Shown: positions 8,828-21,650, counted from the first letter of the stretch. The stretch: DNA of 64,000 nucleotides from an uncultured delta proteobacterium (GCA_963727625.1 CAVSHR010000011.1:320001-384000), one strand, 5' to 3'. Notes: generated by a model not told the origin, from the letters alone. Numbers and translations: made by a program.

Positions 8828-10263
8828 GTGAGCTTTTCCCGCAGAATTTTGTTCACGCTCTGAGGGTTGGCCTTGCCTTGGGTCGCTTTCATGATTTGAC
8901 CGACGAGGAAACCGAATATTTTTTCGTTGCCGGATCGATACTGCGCGACTTGCTTCCCGTTCGCCGCGATCACTTGGTCGATGGCCGCCTCGATGCTGCC
9001 AGTGTCAGAGACTTGCTCAAGCCCTTTTTCGCTGACGATTTGCTGCGGTGATTTATCCGAGTCCAACATTGCATCGAAAACCGTTTTGGCAATCCGGCCG
9101 CTGATTTTGCCCTGGTCGATCAACTGCACCAATTGAGCTAAATGCGGCGCCGGTACCGGCCAATGATCAATCTGGAGCTGGTCGTCGAGCTTGCGTTCCT
9201 TGAGCACGCGAAACAGATCGCCGACGATCCAATTGCTGAGCGCCTTGGCGCTGCCGTGAAGTTTTACCGCGGCCTCGAAATAGTCCGCGACGTCCTTTCG
9301 GCTGGTGAGCAACTCGGCGTCGTAGACGGGCAAGCCGAAGTCGGCCATGAAGCGCGCCTTGCGCGGCGCCGGCAGCTCCGGCAAAGCCGCGCGGATTTCG
9401 CCTATCCAGTCGTCGTCGATCACCAGCGGCGGCAAATCCGGATCGGGAAAATATCGATAATCATGCGCCGATTCCTTCGAACGCATGGAACGGGTTTCCG
9501 AGCGGTGCTCGTCCCACAGGCGGGTTTCTTGAACCAGCCCGACGTCTTGCGAGAGCGCATCGATCTGCCGCTCGACTTCAAACTCGATGGCGCTTTCGAC
9601 GGCTTTGAACGAGTTTAAGTTTTTAATCTCGATCTTAATGCCCAGGACTTCGCTGCCCTCGGGACGCACCGAGACGTTGGCGTCGCAGCGGAAACTGCCT
9701 TCTTCCATGTTGCCGTCACAGACGCCGAGGTATTGGAGGATGGCCCTGAGTGTTCGTAGATACGCGCCGGCTTCGACGCGCGAGCGCAGGTCCGGTTCGC
9801 TCACGATCTCCAGGAGCGGCACGCCGGCGCGGTTTAAATCGACTAGACTCGAGTCGCCGTGCGCATCGTGGATATTTTTTCCGGCGTCTTCCTCCATGTG
9901 AATGCGCGTCAAGCGCACTCGCTTCACGGCGCCGTCGAGCGCGATGTCGATATAACCGTTGGTGCAAATCGGCAGCTCGAATTGGCTGATCTGGTAGCCC
10001 TTGGGCAGATCGGGGTAAAAATAGTTCTTGCGCGCCAGCACGCTGGAGCGGGCGATCTGGCAGTGGGTTGCCAGTCCCGCCTTGATGGCGAATTCGACGA
10101 CGCGTTTGTTGAGCACCGGCAAGACGCCGGGAAAGCCCGCGCAAACCGGACAGGCGTTGTGATTGGGCGGCTGGCCGAAGCGGGTCGAACAGCCGCAAAA
10201 AATTTTCGACTCGGTGAGCAGCTGGGCGTGAACTTCCAGGCCGATGACGCTTTCGTGCTTCAT
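8809..10263 (-). CDS. gatB: Asp/Glu-tRNA amidotransferase subunit B
   Basis: [43 protein letters not shown]. Confidence 0.98.
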   Translation of the reverse strand: MKHESVIGLEVHAQLLTESKIFCGCSTRFGQPPNHNACPVCAGFPGVLPVLNKRVVEFAIKAGLATHCQIARSSVLARKNYFYPDLPKGYQISQFELPICTNGYIDIALDGAVKRVRLTRIHMEEDAGKNIHDAHGDSSLVDLNRAGVPLLEIVSEPDLRSRVEAGAYLRTLRAILQYLGVCDGNMEEGSFRCDANVSVRPEGSEVLGIKIEIKNLNSFKAVESAIEFEVERQIDALSQDVGLVQETRLWDEHRSETRSMRSKESAHDYRYFPDPDLPPLVIDDDWIGEIRAALPELPAPRKARFMADFGLPVYDAELLTSRKDVADYFEAAVKLHGSAKALSNWIVGDLFRVLKERKLDDQLQIDHWPVPAPHLAQLVQLIDQGKISGRIAKTVFDAMLDSDKSPQQIVSEKGLEQVSDTGSIEAAIDQVIAANGKQVAQYRSGNEKIFGFLVGQIMKATQGKANPQSVNKILREKLTKSAEG

Positions 10264-10265
10264 GA

Positions 10266-10370
10266 TGGAAGAGTCAAAAGTTCAAAATTCAAAATTAAAA
10301 AACCTCTGAAGTGATGGTGCTTCTTCGACATGGGCGAGTTTTTTCAATTTTAACTTTTAATTTTTAATTC
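10266..10370. repeat. inverted pair of AT-rich heptamer arrays
   Basis: TCAAAAG TTCAAAA TTCAAAA TTAAAAA ... AATTTTA ACTTTTA ATTTTTA between gatA and gatB. Confidence 0.55.
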
Positions 10371-11825
10371 TATCTCCGGTTTTTTCTTGTGCCACTCGGT
10401 GGATTGTTCGTAATGATAGGCCACGCGCAGGATCGTCGCTTCGTCGAAGGGCTTGCCGATAATCTGCAGACCGATCGGCATGCCCTCGCCATCGTAGCCA
10501 CAGGGGAGCGAGAGCGCCGGCAATCCGGCAAGATTGATCGAGATCGTGTAGATGTCGGAAAGATACATCTGCAGCGGATCTTGGGTTTTTTCGCCGAGCT
10601 TAAACGCCGTCGTCGGCGCGGTCGGCGTGATGATCGCGTCGCAGCGCTTGAACGCCGCTTCGAAGTCGCGTTTGATCAGCCTGCGCACGCGCTGGGCTTT
10701 GAGGTAATAAGCGTCGTAGTAGCCTGCCGATAGAGCGTAAGTGCCGAGCATGATGCGCCGTTTGACTTCGGCGCCAAAACCGTCATCGCGGCTGATCATG
10801 TAAGTCTCGATCAAGTCCTTGGCGTCGGCGCGATAACCGAAGCGCATGCCGTCGTAGCGCGCCAGATTGGAGCTCGCCTCGGCGGTGGCGACGATATAGT
10901 ACACCGCCACCGCGTATTCGGTATGGGGCAGGGATATCGTTTCGATCGCCGCGCCGTTTTTTTCCAGATCGGCGATCGCCCGGCGCACTGCTTGATCGAC
11001 TTCCGCCTGCATGCCGGGAACGAAATATTCGTTCGGGATGCCGATGCGCAGTCCTTTGACGTTGCCGCCCAACAGCTCGGAATAATTTGGCGGATCGCGT
11101 TGGGTCGAGGTGGAGTCAGCCGGATCATAGCCGGCGATTGCTTCCAGTAAGAGCGCGTTGTCGCGCACGTCCTTGGTCATCGGTCCGACTTGGTCCATGG
11201 ACGAGGCGAAGGCGATGATGCCGAAGCGGCTCACACGGCCATAGGTCGGTTTGAGGCCGACGATACCGCAACAGGCTGCCGGCTGGCGGATCGAGCCGCC
11301 GGTGTCGGTGCCGAGCGCGGCGATACACTCGTCGGCGGCGACGGCGGCCGCCGAGCCGCCGGAAGAGCCGCCGGGTATGCGCTCCAAGTTCCATGGATTG
11401 CGGGTCGGAAAGAAAGCGGAGTTCTCCGCCGACGATCCCATGGCGAATTCATCGAGGTTGGTTTTGCCGACGATCACAGCGCCGGCGGCGCGAAGCTTTT
11501 GCACCGTTGTCGCATCGTAAGGCGGAATAAACTCGCCGAGAATTTTCGACGCGCAGGTGGTGCGCAATCCTTGAGTGAGAAAATTATCTTTCAGCGCGAG
11601 GGGCAGGCCCAAAAGGGGAGCGTGGACGCCGTCTTGTTTAAGCCGCCGGTCCGCTTCGCGCGCTTGTGCCAAGGCGCCTTCCCGCGCCAGCGTTAGGAAG
11701 GCATGAATTTGTTCGTCCACCGCCGCAATGCGCTCGAACACCGCCTCGGTGAGCTGCACGGACGAGATCTCGCCTTGACGCAATTTTTCGCTGGCATCGG
11801 CGAGCGTGAGTGCGGCGAGGTTCAT
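10350..11825 (-). CDS. gatA: Asp/Glu-tRNA amidotransferase subunit A
   Basis: Amidase signature [41 protein letters not shown] at 11825 overlaps the gatC stop (ATGA). Confidence 0.98.
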   Translation of the reverse strand: MNLAALTLADASEKLRQGEISSVQLTEAVFERIAAVDEQIHAFLTLAREGALAQAREADRRLKQDGVHAPLLGLPLALKDNFLTQGLRTTCASKILGEFIPPYDATTVQKLRAAGAVIVGKTNLDEFAMGSSAENSAFFPTRNPWNLERIPGGSSGGSAAAVAADECIAALGTDTGGSIRQPAACCGIVGLKPTYGRVSRFGIIAFASSMDQVGPMTKDVRDNALLLEAIAGYDPADSTSTQRDPPNYSELLGGNVKGLRIGIPNEYFVPGMQAEVDQAVRRAIADLEKNGAAIETISLPHTEYAVAVYYIVATAEASSNLARYDGMRFGYRADAKDLIETYMISRDDGFGAEVKRRIMLGTYALSAGYYDAYYLKAQRVRRLIKRDFEAAFKRCDAIITPTAPTTAFKLGEKTQDPLQMYLSDIYTISINLAGLPALSLPCGYDGEGMPIGLQIIGKPFDEATILRVAYHYEQSTEWHKKKPEIELKIKS

Positions 11826-12109
11826 TCGATGATCTTCGGAACTTTGAAGAAAGCGGCATCGCGATCCGGCGCGTTGGCCAACAAGGCCTCGGCGTTCGGG
11901 CGATTGGTGACCGCGTCCTGGCGCAGTGCATTGACGCTGTCCACGACGTGGCTGAACGGCTCCACTTGGGCGGTATCGAGCTCGGCGAGCTTGTTCATGT
12001 ATGCCAATATGGAGTCGAGTTGCCGGGTCAACAGGGTTTGTTCTACCGGGGTCAACTTCAAGCGCGCCAGCAGCGCCACGCGTTGCACCTCTTCGACGGT
12101 GAGCATCAT
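11822..12109 (-). CDS. gatC: Asp/Glu-tRNA amidotransferase subunit C
   Basis: [10 protein letters not shown]...LANAP...FFKVPKII; first gene of gatCAB. Confidence 0.96.
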   Translation of the reverse strand: MMLTVEEVQRVALLARLKLTPVEQTLLTRQLDSILAYMNKLAELDTAQVEPFSHVVDSVNALRQDAVTNRPNAEALLANAPDRDAAFFKVPKIIE

Positions 12110-12225
12110 GGGAAATTGTTAACATACGGGCGCATGAATGCCAATCTTTGAAGCGGGGCAAAAGCGAGCTTTCAAGAGTCCAATTTATTTGCAGTTCCGC
12201 GGCCTTTTGGCTACAACAGAGGGCC

Positions 12226-12918
12226 ATGAACCGCGGCCAACTGTCACTGCCGGTGGGAAACGCAAAGCCGCTGCAGTTTCGTGATTTCGAAAAGCAGAGT
12301 TACGCCCGCGGGTTTAAATTTATCGCCGGCATCGACGAGGCGGGGCGCGGCCCCCTCGCGGGTCCGGTGGTTGCTGCGGCCGTGATCCTGCCGCGCGGAT
12401 TTGTTCATTCGGAGATTAGAGATTCCAAATTACTGTCGGCGCAGAAACGGGAGAAGCTGGCGCCGGTGATCCGGCAAGAATCCGTTTGCTGGGGCGTGGG
12501 CGTCGTTGAGGTCGATGAAATCGATCGGATCAATATCCTGCAAGCCAGCCTGCTCGCCATGGTCAAAGCGCTGGCGGCTTTGACCTCGAAGCCCGATTGC
12601 GTGCTGATCGATGGTAATCAGCCGATCCCGCGATCCCTGTTTCTCAGGGGCGATTTCGCCGGCGGAAATTCGCTCTATCAAAAAACCATTATCAAGGGCG
12701 ATCTGTTGTGCCTCTCGATCGCCGCGGCATCAATCATCGCTAAAGTCGCCCGCGACCGCATGATGATCGAGCTCGACCAACAGTATCCGGAGTACGGTTT
12801 TGCCAGCCATAAAGGTTATAGTTGCACGGCGCATTTCGAAGCGCTGCGCCGCTACGGACCGTCGCCGATTCACCGGCAGAGCTTCAAGCCGGTGCGCGCC
12901 GCTGCGTTGGCACGATGA
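12226..12918 (+). CDS. rnhB: ribonuclease HII
   Basis: [48 protein letters not shown]. Confidence 0.97.
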   Translation: MNRGQLSLPVGNAKPLQFRDFEKQSYARGFKFIAGIDEAGRGPLAGPVVAAAVILPRGFVHSEIRDSKLLSAQKREKLAPVIRQESVCWGVGVVEVDEIDRINILQASLLAMVKALAALTSKPDCVLIDGNQPIPRSLFLRGDFAGGNSLYQKTIIKGDLLCLSIAAASIIAKVARDRMMIELDQQYPEYGFASHKGYSCTAHFEALRRYGPSPIHRQSFKPVRAAALAR

Positions 12919-13286
12919 GTGTCAACAAAGCAAAACAGGTTCTCGGCAAAGAAGGCGAGCTTATCGCCGAGCGATTTCTCAAGAAAAAGGGTTACAAACT
13001 GGTCGAGCGCAATTATCGCTGCAAGACCGGGGAAATCGACCTGATCGTGCTCGACCGCCGCGTGATTGTCTTCGTCGAAGTGAAGACCCGCACAGGTCAC
13101 GGCTTCGGCACGCCGTTGGAGGCCGTGGAGTTTAGAAAACAGAAAAAAATGATTCACGCGGCGCAATATTTTTTGTCGGAGAAGGGGCTGCATCAGCGCG
13201 AGGCGCGGTTCGACGTGATCGGCATTTCCTGGCCGCGGCGCGAGCCAGTGGTGGAGCATATCGAAAACGCTTTTGAGCTGTCGTAG
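12915..13286 (+). CDS. yraN: YraN family (UPF0102) endonuclease-like protein
   Basis: GEIDLIV...VFVEVKTR, RFDV, HIENAF; ATGA overlap with rnhB. Confidence 0.95.
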   Translation: MSVNKAKQVLGKEGELIAERFLKKKGYKLVERNYRCKTGEIDLIVLDRRVIVFVEVKTRTGHGFGTPLEAVEFRKQKKMIHAAQYFLSEKGLHQREARFDVIGISWPRREPVVEHIENAFELS

Positions 13287-13406
13287 ACTTCGCGCGAAGG
13301 GCAAGGGCCCGGGGCTAAGTGTTAAGAATCGCGATCCCACGCCATGCCGTAGAGAATTTCCACGCAATGCACTATGCGCCAGGCGCTTTGCTGCCGGAGC
13401 TAATAG

Positions 13407-14687
<1,281 letters not shown>

Positions 14688-14798
14688 CGAGCTTCGAACC
14701 GATCAATAGGGCGTTGATGGGCGGCGGCGCGGGGTCACCTCGCGGCTGACGCCTCGATACGCTCCCGGCACCGAGTTTTTTTGCGGAGACAGGCATTT

Positions 14799-16550
14799 AT
14801 GAGCGTTAAACCAAACCGGTTTTTTCAATTGATCTTGATTAAGCCGTCCCACTACGACGACGACGGTTACGTTATTCAATGGGCTCGTGCGGCGATTCCG
14901 GCGAATTCCCTGGCGACAATTTACGCGTTGGCGCTCGACTGTGCCGAGCGCCAAGTCCTGGGGCAGGACGTGGAAATCGTCATCAGCGCCTTAGATGAGA
15001 CGAACACGCGCGTGCGACCTGAGCGGATCGTCCGCAAGATTAAAGCGGACGGGAGCCGCGGCTTGGTTTGCCTGGTGGGCGTCCAGAGCAATCAATTTCC
15101 TCGTGCCGTGGATATCGCCCGGCCGCTGCGGGCCGCGGGCATCGCGGTATGCATCGGCGGGTTTCACGTGAGCGGCTCTCTCGCGATGCTGCCAGAGCTC
15201 GCCCCGGAGTTGCGTGAAGCGATGGACCTCGGCATTACCCTGTTCGCCGGCGAGGCCGAAGGGCGCTTCGAAGTACTGCTGAAGTCCGCCTATAGGGGGA
15301 CGCTTGAGCCGATCTACAATTACATGAGCGATTTGCCCGCGCTCGAGGGCGCGCCACCGCCCTATCTCCCGGCGGACGTGGTGCGCAAAACCAGGTCGAT
15401 GCGCACGAGCTTCGACGCCGGGCGCGGCTGTCCTTTTCTCTGCAGCTTTTGCACGATCATCAACGTGCAAGGACGAAAGTCCCGTTCGCGCAGCGCCGAC
15501 GACGTTGAACGCATCGTGCGCGCGAATCTCGCGCAGGGGATCAACAATTTCTTCATCACTGACGATAACCTTGCGCGCAATCAGAGCTGGGAGGCGATTT
15601 TCGACCGGCTGATCAAGCTGCGGGAAGAGGAAGGCCGGCAATTCTACCTGATGGCGCAGGTGGATACGATGTGTCACAAAATCCGCGGTTTCATCGACAA
15701 GGGCCGGCGGGCCGGGATCACCCGTGTTTTCATCGGTCTTGAAAATATCAATCCCGACGCGCTCAAAAACGCCCGCAAGGGCCAGAATCAAATCACCGAA
15801 TATCGCGCGATGCTGCAAGCATGGCATCGTGTTGGTGCGCTGACTTACGCCGGCTACATATTGGGTTTTCCCGGCGATACCCCGGCCTCGATCGAGCGCG
15901 ACCTTGGCATCATTCAACGCGAGCTTCCCGTCGACATCTTGGAGTTTTTCATTCTCACGCCGCTGCCGGGTTCAGCGGATCACAAGAAGCTTTACTCGGA
16001 AGGCGTAGAGATGGACGGAGACTTGAACAAGTACGATTTGACTCACGTGACGACTCATCATCCCCTGATGTCGAACGAAGAGCTTAAGGCGGTCTACGAG
16101 AGGGCGTGGGAACTTTATTATTCGCCGGAGCATATAGCGACCATCCTGCGCCGTACCAAGGAGTCGGGGTACAATTTAGGTAATATGACGATGAAGCTTT
16201 TCTCCTTCGAGGCCCCCGCGCGCATCGACAGAGTCCACCCGTTGGAAGCGGGAATTTTCCGGCGCAAGTATAGGCGCGATCGAAGGTATGGATTGCCGCT
16301 GGAAAGCCCTGGGGGTTTTTACGTTCGCTTCGGGTGGGACATCTTATCGCGGGTCTGGCAGTATGCCAGCATGTACTGGCGCTACCGGCGGATTCTCAAG
16401 CGCGTTGAGAGAGATTCCGGGCCCTACAGCGATTTGGCGTTGACACCGGTGCAGGACGTCGAGCTCGCAAACCTGGAGTTGTATAAAAGTACGCGCGGCG
16501 CCGAGGCCGTAGTGGCGAAGGTTCGGCGACATCAAGCGATGCGCGCTTGA
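14799..16550 (+). CDS. B12-binding-domain radical SAM protein
   Basis: CxxxCxxC motif in GRGCPFLCSFCTII, an N-terminal cobalamin-binding-like region (IGGFHVSG...GEAEG), and FFITDDN. Confidence 0.88.
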   Translation: MSVKPNRFFQLILIKPSHYDDDGYVIQWARAAIPANSLATIYALALDCAERQVLGQDVEIVISALDETNTRVRPERIVRKIKADGSRGLVCLVGVQSNQFPRAVDIARPLRAAGIAVCIGGFHVSGSLAMLPELAPELREAMDLGITLFAGEAEGRFEVLLKSAYRGTLEPIYNYMSDLPALEGAPPPYLPADVVRKTRSMRTSFDAGRGCPFLCSFCTIINVQGRKSRSRSADDVERIVRANLAQGINNFFITDDNLARNQSWEAIFDRLIKLREEEGRQFYLMAQVDTMCHKIRGFIDKGRRAGITRVFIGLENINPDALKNARKGQNQITEYRAMLQAWHRVGALTYAGYILGFPGDTPASIERDLGIIQRELPVDILEFFILTPLPGSADHKKLYSEGVEMDGDLNKYDLTHVTTHHPLMSNEELKAVYERAWELYYSPEHIATILRRTKESGYNLGNMTMKLFSFEAPARIDRVHPLEAGIFRRKYRRDRRYGLPLESPGGFYVRFGWDILSRVWQYASMYWRYRRILKRVERDSGPYSDLALTPVQDVELANLELYKSTRGAEAVVAKVRRHQAMRA

Positions 16551-16777
16551 GCCGCAATTTCTTAGAAGCGATCGACTTTCGAAATGCGGCATGGTTCGAA
16601 CGTTCCCAGTGTCGAGCCGTGTTTCATATCCCGACTGAGGCGTTGTTTCGATTAAGGGCCATAAAAAGCAAATCTTACATCGAATCTTGTAACCTCTTTT
16701 CCTAATCGTTATTCTGGTCCTCCGTGATTGGTTGAGTAGCTTCCAGGCCTCCATCGACCTATCAAACTCATCGTCTC

Positions 16778-16866
16778 GGAGGGGTGGGTGAGCGGTTGAA
16801 ACCACCGGTCTTGAAAACCGGCGTCCCCTTGCGGGACCGCGAGTTCGAATCTCGCCCCCTCCGCCA
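16778..16866 (+). tRNA. tRNA-Ser(TGA)
   Basis: GGAGGGG...CCCCTCC-G-CCA acceptor, anticodon arm CCGGT-CT TGA AA-ACCGG, long variable arm, GTTCGAATC. Confidence 0.95.
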
Positions 16867-16935
16867 CACTTAAGCGCTGACTGCCGAGTAAGGAGTGCTG
16901 AAGTTGGTTAGTGCTTCATCGAAAGGTTAGCGTGT

Positions 16936-18339
16936 ATGTCCAACATTATGGTTCCTTCGTTACAATTTCTCGGCGCGGCGGGAGGCGTTACCGGATCGAA
17001 GTATCTATTCTCCTATGGCGACGATCAAGTGCTGATCGATTGCGGCTTGTTTCAGGGACTGAAGGATCTGCGCTTGCGAAACTGGGCGCCGGTGCCGGTC
17101 GATCTAGGGCGTCTGCGCGCGGTCGTTTTGACCCATGCGCATATCGATCACTCCGGTTATCTGCCGCGGCTTGTTGCCAAAGGTTATAAGGGGCCGGTGT
17201 TTGCAACCGCGGGCACCTGCGATCTATTAGGTGTGATGCTTCCGGACGCGGCGCATCTCCAGGAAGAAGAAGCGCGCTATGCGAACCGTAAGGGCTATTC
17301 CAAGCATACGCCGGCGTTGCCACTTTACACGGTGGAGGACGCCGAACATGCGTTGACGCTTTTGCGTCCGACGCGAGTCGGCGAATCCGTCGAGGTGATC
17401 AAAGGAGTCTTTCTCAACTTCGCCCGCGTCGGTCATATTCTTGGCGCCGCCTCGGCGCGTTTATCGTTCGAAGTGAACGGCCAAAGAAAGACCCTGCTGG
17501 ATTCCGGCGATCTTGGCCGTTACGGCCGGCCGATTCTCAAAGATCCTGAGCCGGCCGGGACGGCAGACTGGCTGATGATTGAATCGACCTACGGTGACCG
17601 CATGCATCCCAAGGAGTCGGAAACGGCGCTGCGCGGGATCATCAAAGAAACGGCCCAGCAACGCCGTTGTCTTTTGATTCCGGCGTTTGCCATTGGCAGA
17701 ACGCAGGAATTGGTCTACATGATTCGCAAGATGGAGGAGGCGGGCGAGATCCCGCCGATCCCCGTCTACGTCGACAGCCCGATGGCAATCGAAGCGACGG
17801 AGATTTATTCGCATCACACCGAAGAACATGATTTCGCGATGGCGCGGCTCAGTAATCATGAACGCAATCCGCTGCGGTCGCGCAATATGATAGTGGCCAG
17901 ATCGCCGGAACAATCGAAAGCGATCAATGACAGGAAGGGCCCGCTGATTGTAATCTCCGCGAGCGGGATGGCCACTGGCGGTCGCGTTCTGCATCATCTC
18001 AAGCGTCGTTTACCCATGCCGGATACCACGGTGCTCTTGGTCGGATATCAGGCGGAAGGAACACGCGGACGCCTGCTTCAGGACGGCGCCAAGGAAGTCA
18101 AAATGCTCGGCGAGATAATCCCGGTACGGGCCAGCGTCAAGGTCGTCGACGGTTTTTCCGCGCACGCCGATCAGGGCGAGATCTTGCGCTGGCTCGGGAC
18201 GTTTAAGAAAGCGCCGCATAGGACTTATATCGTGCATGGCGAGCCGCCGGCGGCCAAGGCATTGGCGGAAGTGATTCGCGAGCGGCTCGCGTGGCAGGTG
18301 GAGGTCGCCAAGCATCAGCAGAAGGTGATGCTGGCGTAA
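16936..18339 (+). CDS. MBL-fold beta-CASP metallo-hydrolase (RNA-processing exonuclease family)
   Basis: THAHIDHSG, GHILG, ESTYGDR, SASGMATGGRVLHHL, FSAHADQ, VHGE. Confidence 0.93.
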   Translation: MSNIMVPSLQFLGAAGGVTGSKYLFSYGDDQVLIDCGLFQGLKDLRLRNWAPVPVDLGRLRAVVLTHAHIDHSGYLPRLVAKGYKGPVFATAGTCDLLGVMLPDAAHLQEEEARYANRKGYSKHTPALPLYTVEDAEHALTLLRPTRVGESVEVIKGVFLNFARVGHILGAASARLSFEVNGQRKTLLDSGDLGRYGRPILKDPEPAGTADWLMIESTYGDRMHPKESETALRGIIKETAQQRRCLLIPAFAIGRTQELVYMIRKMEEAGEIPPIPVYVDSPMAIEATEIYSHHTEEHDFAMARLSNHERNPLRSRNMIVARSPEQSKAINDRKGPLIVISASGMATGGRVLHHLKRRLPMPDTTVLLVGYQAEGTRGRLLQDGAKEVKMLGEIIPVRASVKVVDGFSAHADQGEILRWLGTFKKAPHRTYIVHGEPPAAKALAEVIRERLAWQVEVAKHQQKVMLA

Positions 18340-18409
18340 TGGCGACGTATTCGCCAGGAAGCGATTGACTCCCGCGAAGTCGCTAAGCGCGCATGAGACA
18401 GGGACCGAC

Positions 18410-18493
18410 CCGATGATCGCCAGCGCGGCGATGTTCTTCCGCTCCATTTCAGTCATCAGCAACGCGCTGCGCCTCAACCGGCTCGAGCTGTAG
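18410..18493 (+). pseudogene. C-terminal remnant of a P1B heavy-metal (CopA-like) ATPase
   Basis: Translates as PMIASAAMFFRSISVISNALRLNRLEL*, matching the P1B C-terminal PMIAAAAMxxSSVSVIxNALRL motif. The rest of the gene is absent. Confidence 0.7.
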
Positions 18494-18755
18494 TCGTTAT
18501 CTTTGCCTCAACCAAAAATATGATTCGTACGTGCAATCGCCCAATTCGGCGGCAGCCATTGCTTAAGAATTGGACCGACGAGCGGATAAGGATCATCGCT
18601 CGAATTGGTGCTTGAGGCGTGCGACGACCGGCGTGGCGTTTATTCTTGTGTCGCGAAATATTTCCATTTATCGGAGTATTAGAGTAAAGAAAGCTTAGCG
18701 AAGAATGGCCCGTGGCCTGCTTTTTGCGCGGTAAGTTGGGGATTCGGACGAAAAC

Positions 18756-19862
18756 ATGTCGATATTGAAAATCGAAAACGTTTCAAAAAGTTTTAAAGAT
18801 GTAAAAGCGCTGGATAACGTCAGCTTGGAATTCGACAAAGGAATCCTGTCATTTCTCGGCCCTTCCGGCTGCGGTAAGACCACTCTGCTGCGCTCCATTG
18901 CCGGCCTCGAAGTGCCGGATGCCGGTTTGATCTCGATCGCCGATATAGTTCAGACTTCAATCAAAAGGGGCATACTGGTGCCGCCTTACGCGCGCGAGAT
19001 CGGATTCGTGTTTCAGAATTACGCGCTCTGGCCGCACATGACGGTTTTTAAAAACGTCGCTTTCGGGCTCAAGTTGCGAAAAAAACCGAATGATGAAATT
19101 GAACGAAAAGTGATGACGGCCCTGGAACTGGTCGGTCTGAAAGGGCGCGAGCAACGTTATCCGTCGCAACTGAGCGGCGGCCAGCAGCAGCGCGTCGCCT
19201 TGGCGCGCAGTCTAGCGCTCGAGCCGCGCTTAATCCTTCTCGACGAGCCGCTTAGCAATCTCGACGCCAAACTGCGCGAAGAGATGCGTGTCGAGCTTAA
19301 AAAGTTAATCAAAAAAGTCGGCATCAGCGCGCTGTACGTGACCCACGACCAGGAAGAGGCGTTTACGATTTCCGACGCGGTGGTGGTGATGGAGAGCGGT
19401 AAGATTCTCCAATACGGCGCGCCGGACGAGATTTACAATCGCCCGGCGCATGCGTTTGTCGCTTCGTTCATCGGTCACTCGACCTTGGTCGACGGCAAGG
19501 TTCTGAGCATCAACGGAGCCGACTGCCTGGTTAACATTCCCGATTTCAACGGCGCGATCCTAATTTCGCCGGCGCCGAAAGGTGCGGCGGGGGGCGCTGC
19601 ATGTAAAGTGGTGATCCGCACCACTGAAGTCAAACTCAGCCAGGACGGTTTTCCCGAAGGGACCGATAACGTCATTGAGGGCATCATGACCAGCCGGGAG
19701 TTTCGGGGTGGGTTGACCGATCACCGCATTCAAATCGGCTCGAAAGAATTAGTCGTTACTTCGCACAAGCTCTGCCCGATGATTCGTGTGAACGGCAATG
19801 GTGGCATTACCTTCGTGGCCATCGACCGATCCGCAATCAGCCTGATCATGTCCGCTTTATGA
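18756..19862 (+). CDS. ABC transporter ATP-binding protein (Fe3+/polyamine family)
   Basis: [48 protein letters not shown]-like C-terminus. Confidence 0.95.
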   Translation: MSILKIENVSKSFKDVKALDNVSLEFDKGILSFLGPSGCGKTTLLRSIAGLEVPDAGLISIADIVQTSIKRGILVPPYAREIGFVFQNYALWPHMTVFKNVAFGLKLRKKPNDEIERKVMTALELVGLKGREQRYPSQLSGGQQQRVALARSLALEPRLILLDEPLSNLDAKLREEMRVELKKLIKKVGISALYVTHDQEEAFTISDAVVVMESGKILQYGAPDEIYNRPAHAFVASFIGHSTLVDGKVLSINGADCLVNIPDFNGAILISPAPKGAAGGAACKVVIRTTEVKLSQDGFPEGTDNVIEGIMTSREFRGGLTDHRIQIGSKELVVTSHKLCPMIRVNGNGGITFVAIDRSAISLIMSAL

Positions 19863-19903
19863 TCGTGCGTCCTCGATAAATTAGCAGGATTTAGGGAAAG
19901 GAT

Positions 19904-21610
19904 TTGGTCACGGCCAACGGGAATTCACTTCGAATTGCGATGCGGCAAGGCACGCTGGTACCGCTGATCGGCAGCGCGATCGTGGGGGCGGCGATCATCA
20001 CGCCCGTGCTGGTGGTGCTGTGGCGCAGCCTGACCACCGGCAGGTTGGGATTTGCCGTCGGTCTCAACCTGACCAATTACGCGCGCGTCTTCGGCGACAA
20101 AGATATCTTGCCTATGCTTGGCAACTCGGTGGTTTATGCCGCCGGCGCGGCGTTATTAGGAACCTGCCTCGGGGCCTTGCTCGCGTGGATCGTCGCCCGC
20201 ACCAACACACCGGGAAAGGCGTTGGTCGAGCTGATGCCGCTCTATCCAATTCTGATGCCGCCGATCATGAAGAATATCGCCTGGATTTTACTTCTGGCGC
20301 CCCGGTCGGGCATTTTGAACGGTATGTTGCAGCAATTTTTCGGTATCGATACGCCGGTTTTTAACGCTTTTTGCATGGCGGGCATGATCTGGGTGTTCGG
20401 TCTGGCCTGCGTGCCGTTAGGATACCTGTTCCTGCTGCCTATTTTCCTTTCCTTTGATCCGTCGCTGGAAGAAAGCGCCTATATCGCGGGCAGCAGGCCG
20501 CTGCACACCATGTTCAAAATCACTTTTCCGCTGGCGATGCCGGCTTTCCTCTCGGCATTCGTGTTGAATTTTTTGCGCGGACTGCGTTCATTTGAAACCC
20601 CGGTGCTGCAAGGCACGCCGGGCAATATCAAAGTCTTCGTCAGCCGCGTCTACGATTCTATGGCGCTGGAGTTCAACACCGGACTGGCGACCGCGTATAG
20701 CGTCATCCTGGTAGTGCTCTCGGTGATCACGCTGTATTTTTACGTGCGCGCGACGCGCTTTTCCGAGCGCTATGCGACGATCACCGGCAAAGGCTATCGC
20801 GTCAAGGTGATCGATATCGGGCCGTGGAAGTATGTCACGTTTTTGACCGTCTTCGTCTATTTTTTGGTGGGAATCCTGATTCCCTTCATAGTCTTGATCG
20901 TGGTGTCGATGATTCCCTATTTCGACTACGATACCTTTATGAGTTTCCCGTCCAACGCGGTCTTGACCAATTACCATACGGTCATGCACCATCCAAGCTT
21001 TGTCACAGGACTCTACAATTCGCTGGTTCTGTCGGTGACGATCGCTGTGATAACCGTTCTGGCCGGCATCGTCATGGCCTTTACAATTTATCGGACCAGG
21101 GCAACAGGAACGAAGTTATTCGAATTCATCGGCACGCTGCCGCTGGCATTTCCACCGTTGGTGCTCTCGGTTGGCTTGGTGATCATCTTCATCGGCACGC
21201 CGCTCTATAATAGTCTCTTGGCCTTGGGCGCGGGATTGTTTGTCGCCTATTTCCCTTACGCCTTTCGCAACGCTTCCGGCGCCATCGTTAATATCCATAA
21301 GGAGCTGGACGAAGCGGCCTGGGTGCACGGCGCGCGTTGGCGCCATGTGTTTTTCAAAATCACCCTGCCAATTCTCAAGCCGTCGGTAGGCGGCGCGCTT
21401 TTTTATATTTTCATCGAGGCGATGCGCAACGTCGACGTGGCCGTGTTGCTGACCTCGCCCGGTAGGGAGTATGGTCCAGTAACGCTGTTCGAATACTTCC
21501 GGGTCGGCCAGTGGGCGGAAGCCGCGGCCGGCGGAGTGATCTATCTTATTATCTTGATTGTCGCGGTCTCCGTGGCTAAATTTGCGTTCAAAATGAAGTT
21601 CAGTCTGTGA
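19904..21610 (+). CDS. ABC transporter permease (FbpB-like, two TM modules)
   Basis: Two EAA-type loops (LEESAYIAG, LDEAAWVHGA) and many TM helices. Confidence 0.92.
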   Translation: MVTANGNSLRIAMRQGTLVPLIGSAIVGAAIITPVLVVLWRSLTTGRLGFAVGLNLTNYARVFGDKDILPMLGNSVVYAAGAALLGTCLGALLAWIVARTNTPGKALVELMPLYPILMPPIMKNIAWILLLAPRSGILNGMLQQFFGIDTPVFNAFCMAGMIWVFGLACVPLGYLFLLPIFLSFDPSLEESAYIAGSRPLHTMFKITFPLAMPAFLSAFVLNFLRGLRSFETPVLQGTPGNIKVFVSRVYDSMALEFNTGLATAYSVILVVLSVITLYFYVRATRFSERYATITGKGYRVKVIDIGPWKYVTFLTVFVYFLVGILIPFIVLIVVSMIPYFDYDTFMSFPSNAVLTNYHTVMHHPSFVTGLYNSLVLSVTIAVITVLAGIVMAFTIYRTRATGTKLFEFIGTLPLAFPPLVLSVGLVIIFIGTPLYNSLLALGAGLFVAYFPYAFRNASGAIVNIHKELDEAAWVHGARWRHVFFKITLPILKPSVGGALFYIFIEAMRNVDVAVLLTSPGREYGPVTLFEYFRVGQWAEAAAGGVIYLIILIVAVSVAKFAFKMKFSL

Positions 21611-21650
21611 AGTCGCGTCTAAATAGGGATTCAAAAAAATGGAGGGATGC

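Noticed and set aside
10350-12227. 625-aa ORF suggesting an N-terminally extended GatA
   Set aside because: The extension overlaps gatC in another frame. The real start is the ATG at 11825, coupled to the gatC stop.
14690-14782. GC-rich hairpin and GGCACCGAGTTTTTT after serS, resembling a tracrRNA tail or riboswitch
   Set aside because: The match is only about 10 nt, there are no cas genes or array, and no riboswitch consensus is recognisable. At most it is a terminator-like structure.
16778-16866. tRNA with long variable arm as tRNA-Sec, given senAB in the window
   Set aside because: The anticodon is TGA (Ser), not TCA, and the acceptor stem is a normal 7 bp.
18706-18721. Possible sigma-54 promoter TGGCCCGTGGCCTGCT before the ABC operon
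   Set aside because: GG-N10-GC spacing is correct, but there are two mismatches to consensus in GC-rich DNA, which is too weak to call.
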